This document shows, piece after piece, positions 50,001 through 57,700 of a stretch of 64,000 nucleotides of DNA. Positions within the stretch are counted from its first letter, which is position 1. Each line of letters starts with the position of its first letter. Source of the DNA: Macrostomum lignano (Eukaryota); NCBI GenBank assembly GCA_002269645.1, contig NIVC01000096.1, positions 186,001 through 250,000 on the forward strand. The letters run 5' to 3'. The notes below the pieces were generated by a model. That model did not search any database. It saw nothing but the letters and a program-made list of their open reading frames with translations, and was not told the origin of the DNA. The translations under genes were made by a program, and so were the position numbers.

Positions 50001-52849
50001 GATGCCGAGCAGGCCGCCGTAGGAGATCATCCAGTGAGGCTGCCTGCTCAGGCACAATAGGCTGCTCACAACGCAGCCAAGCTGATGCTGGGTGAGCTCA
50101 GTGCTCAACAGGCCCAGCACCTGGCCGCAGGTCTCTCTGACCGGAGCGATCACCTCGTCGGAGACAAAGTCGGACAGCTGATCGAGAGCCAGAGTGCACA
50201 GCAGCCTCAAGCTGAGGTCTTCAACGCAGCGCTGATGGTGAGACTCTTCGTCATCGTCTCGCTGACAAGGCCGGCGCCCAAGCCAACGTCGATGATGGCG
50301 AAGCAGTTCGCGGAGGCCGACGGCAACGCCGTGTCGAACCTCCCACTCCTGGTGCCACATGTCGCGAACAAGCGAGTTGGCGAACTCGGCGAACACCCAG
50401 TCCTCCTCTGGCTGGTTTTTCTCGCTGACGCTGTCGGATTGCTGCGAGGGTTTTCGCGTAGGATATTTAAATATTCATTTAAAATACTTTGGTACGCTAC
50501 TGCTAGTAGGATATCAGAGGAAAGTAAACGGAAATAGTACCAAATACAAATTCTGCTTTAGTTACTCGCAAGCTCCTCTTAAATGCTCATAAAACATGGT
50601 AGAACAAGGCGGCTTATTAAAGTTGTCTAAGCTTAATCTCAGTTTAAGCGCCATAATTGAGCTCATTAAGACACAGAAATTGAGATCATAAAAGGCGCCA
50701 AAATTGAGATCACAAAAAGGCGCCAAAATTAAGATCATAAAAGGCGCCAAAATTAATCTCAGTTTAAGCGCCATAATTGAGCTCATTAAGACACAGAAAT
50801 TGAGATCATAAAAGGCGCCAAAATTGAGATAAAAAAAGGCGCCAAAATTAAGATCATAAAAGGCGCCAAAACTAAGATTATAAAAGGCGCCAAAACTAAG
50901 ATCATAAAAGGCGCCAAAATTAAGATCATAAAAGGCGCCAAAATTAAGATCGTAAAAGGCGCCAAAATTGATATCGTAAAAGGCACAAACATTGAGATTA
51001 AAAAAGCTATTCAAAGACTTCGCGCAAAGAATGAATGATCAAACACCTGACCCAGAAATCCTGAGCAGCTTGGAAAGCTCCAAAAACAGTTACCTTCACT
51101 TCAGCTTCTTCAGTTTCCAACTTGACCTTCTGATCGTCTCCCTGGTCCTCTTCTTCAATCGATTCCAATTTAACAAACTTTACCGCGCCTGCGGCGCTGT
51201 CAGCGGCAGCGGCATCCGCGCTGGCAGAATCCTCCTCCGATTCCGCTGGACGCTTTCGACTGCGCGAATCCTGTCGGACGAATTCTACAGCACTCTCCAC
51301 GCTCATGGTGCTGTACACCTTGCCGGAGCTGCCAACCAGGCGAAGGTCATCGTCCTCGATGCCGGCAAGCTGGCGGGAGCCGCCCAGGTGGCTGGAGACT
51401 CGTTCGTCCAGGCCGAGCCGCTGCTCCAGGCTGGCGCGGTCCACCTGGGGGAGTCATGGGATTTTAAATGATTTTATCTCCAAATCACCTGAACTCCAAG
51501 CTACCTGAACCTCATGTACCTGAATCCCAGGCTACCTGAACCCCAAGCTACTTGAACCCCAAGCTACCTGAACCCCAGGCTACCTGAACCCCAAGCTACC
51601 TGAACCCCAAGCTACCTGAACCCCAAGCTACCTGAACCCCAAGCTACTTGAATCCCAGGCTACTTGAACCCCAAGCTACTTAAATCCCAGGCTACTTGAA
51701 CCCCAAGCTACTTGAATCCCAGGCTACCTGAACCCCAAGCTACTTGAATCCCAGGCTACCTGAACCCTAAGCTACTTGAATCCCAGGCTACCTGAACCCT
51801 AAGCTACTTGAATCCCAGGCTACCTGAAACCCAAGCTACCTGAACCCCAAGTTACTTGAATCCTAGGCTACCTGAACCCTAAGCTACTTGAACCCCAAGC
51901 TACTTGAATCCCAGGCTACCTGATCACCAAGACCTGAACTCGAAGCTACTTGAAAAACTAACCTGATCCCAAAATCCCCTGAAGCCTAAACCCCAAACTA
52001 CTTGAACCCCAAGCACCTTCAAGCCTAAAGCCCACCTGGCTGACTCCGGTCTCATCAACGGTCTCAGCATCGGAGCTGAGCAGCCGAGCTCCTGTGCGCA
52101 CAATTTTCGCAAAGTCCAACTCCTCGAACTGCAGCAGCAGCGAGTCAGACGTAGGCGGCCGGACGCGCTGACAGGCCGGCGGGCGCGAGTTGCCGTCAGG
52201 GCCGGCCAAGGCGGCCGAGATGGCCAAGACGGCCTAGGGGAGAAGTGCGGATTGTACTTGTGTGTGAATCTATAGCCATGCAGCACTTACAACGGGACCT
52301 ATTAATAGGGGGTTGTAGCCCAGTGGTTAAAGCGTCGGACTCACGACTGGAAGGTCGGGGGTTCGACGCCATCTCACTGGAACTATTAATTTGTGTCCTT
52401 GAGCAAGACACTCAACTCTGCATTGCTTCAGTTCACCCAGCTGTAAAATGGGTGCCAGCATTAGCTGGGGTAATTGAGGGTGTGTGTGGCGACATCCCAG
52501 TCCTTGGACTGAACAGCCGTACGCAGCCTTCAGATACGCCGCGCAATAGCTGCGGCTGAGCTGTCGGTTGCACATCTGGCCCGATTGGGGCAGATGTAAT
52601 CAGTTATTATTATTAGCCAATAGGCTTTTCATTTACCTGTCCAGCAGCCACTCGGGTATCCCAGCTTCGGCTTCTCAACAGCTTAGCGAGCCGTTGCAGC
52701 AGCTGCGGCGCCTCGTGCGGCATTGAGCGAGCCAGTTCGCCAATCTGCACTGCGGCCGACTTGCGAACCGCCTGCTGCTGGCCTCCGCTCTCCAACAGAT
52801 GGTAGAGCCGGTCTAGCCTGCATTGGAGTTGGGGTGTTGTGTTTATCAT
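31821..52849 (-). CDS. BTAF1: BTAF1/Mot1, TBP-associated SNF2-family ATPase; 17 exons, 5403 nt CDS, 1800 aa
   Basis: RLDRL and [12 protein letters not shown]-terminus, WEVRHG HEAT region, [63 protein letters not shown]; all 16 introns GT-AG with consistent phases. Confidence 0.97.
32214..32445. repeat. 20-bp minisatellite CACAGCATCCCTCAAATCCC (intron 16)
   Basis: Direct reading; resumes at 35925 after the Helitron. Confidence 0.93.
33627..34390 (+). mobile_element. Internally deleted Tc1/mariner-IS630-like transposon
   Basis: ~141-bp TIRs (TAGCTTTTTGCAG...), TA TSD, decayed HTH-like transposase remnant ([20 protein letters not shown]; RRQEFAHWL), empty site in the duplicate at ~35410. Confidence 0.8.
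34470..35025. repeat. ~19-21-bp G-rich array GTGCTAATCTGGGGGAGTG (second array at 35500-35765)
   Basis: Direct reading. Confidence 0.88.
36170..36370. repeat. ~37-bp repeat CAACCAAGAGCCAGAACTCCCCTAGCAACCACCGTAT beside exon-16 donor
   Basis: Direct reading; copy at 3900-4110. Confidence 0.8.
36382..36923 (-). CDS. BTAF1: BTAF1 exon 16 (helicase C-terminal lobe)
   Basis: LRKICNHP, motifs IV-VI; phase 0-2. Confidence 0.97.
36988..38510. repeat. 21-bp minisatellite CAGATTGAGTGTCCGGTCCCT (intron 15)
   Basis: Direct reading. Confidence 0.96.
38536..38622 (-). CDS. BTAF1: BTAF1 exon 15
   Basis: AQLYEKF...HIFQ; phase 0-0. Confidence 0.92.
38818..39220. repeat. 20-bp minisatellite AAACCGGTAATATGCGACTC (intron 14)
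   Basis: Direct reading. Confidence 0.95.
39250..39588 (-). CDS. BTAF1: BTAF1 exon 14 (motif III)
   Basis: [23 protein letters not shown]; phase 0-0. Confidence 0.96.
39600..39848. repeat. ~21/31-bp minisatellite GAGTGAGCTGCAGAGGTGGCT (intron 13)
   Basis: Direct reading. Confidence 0.92.
40013..40076 (-). CDS. BTAF1: BTAF1 exon 13 (Walker B)
   Basis: [14 protein letters not shown]; phase 2-0. Confidence 0.95.
40148..40420. repeat. 28-bp minisatellite CCCAGCAACTGAGGATCTGGGAGGCTGG (intron 12)
   Basis: Direct reading. Confidence 0.94.
40432..40691 (-). CDS. BTAF1: BTAF1 exon 12
   Basis: [13 protein letters not shown] (motif Ia); phase 0-2. Confidence 0.95.
40868..41345. repeat. Degenerate 22-bp CATCACCCAGAATCCCATTCCC array (intron 11)
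   Basis: Direct reading. Confidence 0.85.
41365..42015 (-). CDS. BTAF1: BTAF1 exon 11 (Walker A)
   Basis: [24 protein letters not shown]; phase 0-0. Confidence 0.95.
42020..42410. repeat. 20-21-bp minisatellite GGATTTGGGTGAATGAATGG(G) (intron 10)
   Basis: Direct reading. Confidence 0.94.
42507..42601 (-). CDS. BTAF1: BTAF1 exon 10
   Basis: Phase 1-0 bridges exons 9 and 11 in frame. Confidence 0.82.
42734..43055 (-). CDS. BTAF1: BTAF1 exon 9
   Basis: [14 protein letters not shown]; phase 0-1. Confidence 0.9.
43066..43412. repeat. 21-bp minisatellite GGGGGAGGGGAATTCGATGCT (intron 8)
   Basis: Direct reading. Confidence 0.94.
43775..43895 (-). CDS. BTAF1: BTAF1 exon 8
   Basis: [21 protein letters not shown]; phase 2-0. 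Confidence 0.92.
43927..45142. repeat. Compound (CAGA)n/(CA)n microsatellite (intron 7)
   Basis: Direct reading. Confidence 0.97.
45155..45307 (-). CDS. BTAF1: BTAF1 exon 7
   Basis: CTCCCTTCCCACCTGCAG| acceptor, VLSLEACK; phase 2-2; alternative in-frame acceptor upstream possible. Confidence 0.75.
46024..46247. mobile_element. Possible small hAT-like MITE carrying a polypurine tract (intron 6)
   Basis: Imperfect TIRs CAGGTGTCGGCAAACT / AGTTTGCCGACCACTA; no TSD found; similar end at 56519-56536. Confidence 0.35.
46538..47142 (-). CDS. BTAF1: BTAF1 exon 6 (contains poly-Gly/Ser tract)
   Basis: [17 protein letters not shown]; phase 0-2. Confidence 0.88.
47160..48040. repeat. 34-bp minisatellite TCTAGTCATAAGTCTCTAGCCTAGACGGTCATAC (intron 5)
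   Basis: Direct reading. Confidence 0.96.
48055..48403 (-). CDS. BTAF1: BTAF1 exon 5
   Basis: [14 protein letters not shown]; phase 2-0. Confidence 0.9.
48530..49655. repeat. 30-bp minisatellite GAGATGCCAAGGCTCACAGGGGGAATTGCT (intron 4)
   Basis: Direct reading. Confidence 0.97.
49708..50441 (-). CDS. BTAF1: BTAF1 exon 4
   Basis: [29 protein letters not shown]; phase 0-2. Confidence 0.92.
50680..50995. repeat. 24-bp minisatellite AAAATTAAGATCATAAAAGGCGCC (intron 3)
   Basis: Direct reading. Confidence 0.93.
51094..51444 (-). CDS. BTAF1: BTAF1 exon 3
   Basis: CCCCCAG|[12 protein letters not shown]...EVK|GTAACT, phase 0-0. Confidence 0.8.
51490..52010. repeat. 16-bp minisatellite CCCAAGCTACCTGAAC (intron 2)
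   Basis: Direct reading. Confidence 0.94.
52036..52233 (-). CDS. BTAF1: BTAF1 exon 2
   Basis: CCCCTAG|AVLAIS...VSQ|GTGGGC, phase 0-0. Confidence 0.85.
52308..52615 (+). mobile_element. tRNA-derived SINE with CORE-like central domain (BTAF1 intron 1, antisense)
   Basis: A box TAGCCCAGTGG, B box GGTTCGACGCC, GTGTCCTTGAGCAAGACACTCAAC...CTGTAAAATGGG, (TTA)n tail. Confidence 0.8.
52637..52849 (-). CDS. BTAF1: BTAF1 exon 1 (start uncertain; internal acceptor gives 52637-52817)
   Basis: [12 protein letters not shown]...WDTRVAAGQ|GTAAAT. Confidence 0.8.
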
Positions 52850-52904
52850 GCGTTCAGAGCGTGCGCGACAGTGACCTTGGGAATCCCCAGAGGCTGGATG
52901 TTTC

Positions 52905-53045
52905 TACTGGCCGGGGCGGAGTCACGTGACAATGACACCTATTGCTTGGAATTTTGCAATATGCGCTTACATTTTTATCGATATGTGCAGGAAAAGATGT
53001 CACGTGACAATTATTTATACTCTCATTCAGGCTTGATTGGATTTT
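52905..53045 (-). promoter_or_regulatory. BTAF1 proximal promoter: GC box, two perfect GTCACGTGAC palindromes (52921, 52999), CCAAT box
   Basis: Motif cluster 60-200 bp upstream of the first in-frame ATG. Confidence 0.6.
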
Positions 53046-53861
53046 CTAGATAAAAATGGATGAAGGACACCTAGACTAGACTAGACTGCATTACTCAAGG
53101 ACTCCAAATTGCACAATTTAGATTCTTGACTAATTATTGACTTTGTGGACAGCAAATTAATATTACAATACAATAAAACAAGTAATATTATAATTTTTAA
53201 TGCATCTTGGAATTTAAAATTAAGAAATACATAAGTAGGCCCCTAGCCTAGCAAACAGTAGCATAACTAGAAGTCATTACCAGATGGTCTTCCCTAATTT
53301 CTTAGATTATCCCAAAAGAAAGGGCTAACCAGGGTTGTAACATTGTTGGCAAATTATAAAGAGAATTACATTTTGAGACTATAGATAACTTGTCTTAAAC
53401 TTTCCTTTAGCAATTTCTTAAAAATAAATAAATGTCACTTTTACTGGAACACCCTACAACTTTGGTAGGATAGAAATCTACCCTGCAACATAACAGCAGG
53501 TAACAGCAGTATAATATTTATAGAAGGCAAAATTTAAGCCTCATTACAACTCAGTGACAATAATGAAATGTTTTTAAAGATAGGAAAAATACCTACATAA
53601 CAACTGCAATAGCTTAGTGATAGAATTGAAGCACAAGCCTAGGACAACATTGAAGTAAGCTTTGGAATAGAAGTAAAGGGGTGTTAGTCTCTTTGGCTAC
53701 TGGCATTTTGTGCTTGTCAAATGGTTGACAAAGTGACTATTTGGCAAGGGCACAAATAATTTTTAATTGACAAAGTCCCAACTGCCAACAAGATAATCAA
53801 GAATCTTTCCACTTATCTATGTGCCAAAACCACCCTGCTGACTGTTGCTAAGGATAAGATT

Positions 53862-53875
53862 GTTGCCATAGCAAC
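53862..53875. promoter_or_regulatory. RFX X-box GTTGCCATAGCAAC
   Basis: Consensus match; a weaker site adjacent at ~53844. Confidence 0.4.
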
Positions 53876-54001
53876 TATGCAATAGCAATAGCTAGAAGCA
53901 GTCCTGCTAGAGACCCAAGGTGGCCAGCTGGCCTTTCAGTCTACAGTCTTTTTGGCCGCATTATAGTATATCTACATGCACAACCTTAGGAATCACTTGG
54001 A

Positions 54002-54109
54002 CATTTCTATTGGCAACACACACATGTAAGTTGCTATTGGCCAAGAGCAGTCATGTGACTACTATTCCATCCAATAGCAACTTACATGTATGTATTGCCA
54101 ATAGAAATG
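54002..54109. repeat. Inverted repeat, 39-bp arms (37/39), 30-nt loop
   Basis: CATTTCTATTGGCAA...GCTATTGG / CCAATAGC...TTGCCAATAGAAATG. Confidence 0.9.
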
Positions 54110-54269
54110 GCTGGGTGAATCCCTGGGTTATGCCTAAGCATGATAGTATAATCATGTTGTATCATAATTAGTAGTGACTAGCAATCTAGTGCCTCTCCAC
54201 CATTGGGGTAACAACTAAGCAAAGGACAAAAGTTATTTATATAAATATGAGCCTTGACATGTTAGACTT

Positions 54270-54545
54270 CTTTTCCTTTTTATCTTTTCTTTTCTTTGAC
54301 ATCTCAGCAACTCCCCCCATAAGCCTTGACATCTAAGCAATTCCCCCGTAAGCCTTGACATCTCAGCAATTCCCCAAAAAGCCTTGATATTTCAACAATT
54401 CTCCCAATAAGCCTGAATATCTTAGCAATTCAATTTGAGCCTTGACATCTTAGCAATTCTTTAGTAAGTCACTTCAAGCATTATAGAAATTCTTGCCAAG
54501 CTTTGATCTCAAATATTTTCTATGAGCCTTGACATATTAGAATTT
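54270..54545. repeat. Degenerate dispersed array of the intron-4 30-mer (reverse orientation)
   Basis: GCCTTGACATCTCAGCAATTCCCC units. Confidence 0.8.
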
Positions 54546-55779
54546 CCCAAAGATTCTTTTATATTTGACATTGGACAATAATTCTAATAAATAAATTATT
54601 ACAATACCACTAGTTTAGCACAAATAAGGATGTTAAAATCTTAGAAATTTATGACCTTTTACCTAAAAATTTACCTAAAAATTCTCATTTTTCTAAAATC
54701 TATAGGCTTAGATAATCTTAGGTTGATATAGAAAAGTACTAAGTCTAGATATTCTAGGATCTTAGGATACTACTAGGGTTATTGGGATTCAACCCACTTT
54801 GGCAAAGGAATTTTTAGCAAAAATCAATAATGGCAAAAAAGACTTTTGCAATGACCATTTTGTCTAAATCTAGCCATTTCGGCAAACAATTTGTTAGGGC
54901 ACCTATGATTATTGATCTACTAAGGCAAAGAGGTTATTGGCAAGTTTAAGGCTTTTAAAAAATCAAAAAACAACTGCATGAATAAAAAACATATAAAAAT
55001 AAACAAATTTAGCAAACTAAATTGATAAATAAAAGTTGCTTATGCTAAAATTAAATCTTTTCATTTTAATTATACATACATAATGCAAATTAAGTTGGTG
55101 CATTCACTTATAATTCAAGAAGCTTTCAGTTGAGTGCAGACTTGAGCAGTGTTCATGCGGTGCCCAAACTCAGACACTTTCATTATGCTTATGTGCATAC
55201 ATGCGCAACTTCTGAAATTACGCTGGCCGTGCGACTTAGTTTTCGATAAAAAATGCGACTTACCTATGAAAGAGCCAAGCAAAAACTTTAGGTAAACGGC
55301 AGGAGTAACTATGACCATATTTTTAAAGCTAAATGCCTCGCCAGCTAATTAGTGCTGCGTGCAGATTCCGCGTTTTTATAACAGCTAATCAGTATGTCAT
55401 CTAGTGGCGGCATGAAGCAATTAGTAAATTGTCAGTACAGTGTAGTGAGCATACTACAAAAGTCATGATTCATGAATGTCCAGAAGTAAGTGAAGTGAAT
55501 ACAGTGTGACCTATAGCTCAAGAACGATTTGCTAGACGATTTGGCATGGAAGATGAGAGCCCTGATTCAGATGGCTCATCAGATGCAGAATACGAATCCA
55601 GTAGAGATACAAGCTGTGAAAACCCACAGATTTTTAAACCACTGAATTCTAATTCCCGGAACTATTTTTGCATAGATTCTAAATTTGAAGTCAGGCTCAA
55701 ACAAAAACTTGTTAACAGTTAGGAAAAAGGCAAAGATGGGAGTAATGCATGTTAAACTAAGATTTGAGGCCTTTGCAAA

Positions 55780-56445
55780 TTCTCTCCATTCCTCAATCTT
55801 CTCATCCTCTTTTTCTTTTCTCTCTCATCCCTTATCCCTTCTCTCTTTCCTCTCCTCTCCTATCTCTTCTTTCTCCTCTCTACATTCTTATCTCTCCTCT
55901 CGTCTCTCTCCATTCCACTCTACTCTACTCTCTCATCTTATCTTCCCTCTCGTCTCTCTCCACTCTACTCTCTCATTATCTCTCCTCTCTTTTCTACTCT
56001 CTCATCTCTCCTCTCTTCACTCTCCTCTCATCTCCTCTTTATCCTCTCTTCTCTCATCTACTCTCTCCTCTTTCCTCTTTCCTCTCTTCTGATCTTATCC
56101 ATCATCTTTTCTTTCCTCTTTCCTCTAATCTCCTCTTCTCTCTCATCTCTTTCCTCCCTCAGCTTTTCTCTCCTCTTCTATCTTTTCTCCCATCACATCG
56201 CTCGCCTCTCCTCTGTTTGCTTATCTCTAATCTTCTATTCCCTCTACTTTGAAGTAAGAAAATATGCACATATTTTTGCTGAAGATAAGAGGAGAGAAGA
56301 GGGCATTGAGGAGAAAGGGTAGAGAGAAAGGGGGAGAAGAGAGGAGAGTAAAAATGAGAGGAGAGAGAAGAGGGAAAAGGGGGAGAGAGAGAAGAGGGGA
56401 GGCAAGGTAGAGAAGAAGAGAGAGATGAGAGTTGAAGAGACACCA
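55780..56445. repeat. Polypyrimidine tract (55780-56235) followed by polypurine tract (56280-56445)
   Basis: Direct reading. Confidence 0.85.
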
Positions 56446-56679
56446 ACCTTGCTACTCGTAGTTAGGAAGTTTCAAAGAACCCGAGGGGCGAGGGCCAGAT
56501 AGAGGGGCTTCGCGAGCCGGAGTTTGCCAACCCCTGCTCCAGAGTTTAAGAAATGACGCGGGCTTCTGATTTCAAAGATCTTGTCTGTGGTTGAAGGCTT
56601 CTATTCTGTTTTTGCTCTCCTGCCACACTTGCACCTACTACCCCCTGATTGCCTCTGATTGTGACTTACTTCCCTCTTA

Positions 56680-57700
56680 TTGCGACTTAGTTGCTTCTTT
56701 TTGCGACTTACCTAATCCTTTTTGCGAATTACTTAATCCTTTTTGCGACTTACCTAATCCTTTTGCGACTTACCTAACCCTTTTGCGACTTACCTAATCC
56801 TTTTTGCGACTTACTCAATCCTTTTTGCGACTTACTTAATCCTTTTGCGACTTACCTAACCCTTTGCGACTTACCTAACCCTTTGTGACTTACCTAATCC
56901 TTTTTGCGACTTACCTAATCCTTTTTGCGACTTACCTAATCCTTTTGCGACTTACCTAACCCTTTTGCGACTTACCTAACCCTTTGCGACTTACCTAACC
57001 CTTTGTGACTTACCTAATCCTTTTTGCGACTTACCTAATCCTTTTTGCGACTTACTTAATCCTTTTTGCGACTTACCTAATCCTTTTTGCGACTTACCTA
57101 ACCCTTTGTGACTTAGCTAATCCTTTTTGCGATTTACTTAATCCTTTTTGCGACTTACCTAATCCTTTTTGCGACTTACCTAACCCTTTGTGACTTAGCT
57201 AATCCTTTTTGCGACTTACCTAACCCTTTGTGACTTACCTAATCCTTTTTGCGACTTACTTAATCCTTTTGCGACTTACTTAATCCTTTTGCGACTTACC
57301 TAACCCTTTGTGACTTACCTAATCCTTTTTGCGACTTACCTAATCCTTTTTGCGACTTACCTAATCCTTTTGCGACTTAGCTGATCCTTTTGCGACTTAC
57401 CTAACCCTTTTGCGACTTACCTAACCCTTTTGCGACTTACCTAACCCTTTTGCGACTTACCTAACCCTTTTGCGACTTAGCTGATCCTTTTGCGACTTAC
57501 CTGATCCTTTTGCGACTTACCTGATTCTTTTTGCGACTTACCTAATCCTTTTTGCGACTTACCTAATCCTTTTGCGACTTACCTAACCCTTTTGCGACTT
57601 ACCTAATCCTTTTTGCGACTTACTTAATCCTTTTTGCGACTTACTTAATCCTTTTGCGACTTACCTGATCCTTTTTGCGACTTACCTGATTATTTTTACA
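56680..57700. repeat. 19-21-bp minisatellite TTTTGCGACTTACCTAATCC(T), ~50 units, inside the hAT element
   Basis: Direct reading. Confidence 0.96.

Noticed and set aside
52308-52385. tRNA gene
   Set aside because: Acceptor stem does not close and it continues into SINE body and tail
55549-55725. 58-aa acidic ORF in the hAT element as transposase
   Set aside because: No BED finger or hAT dimerisation motif recognisable; too short
56680-57700. Spliced-leader RNA or snRNA gene array
   Set aside because: Units are only ~20 bp with no leader or Sm site; explained by hAT subterminal motif
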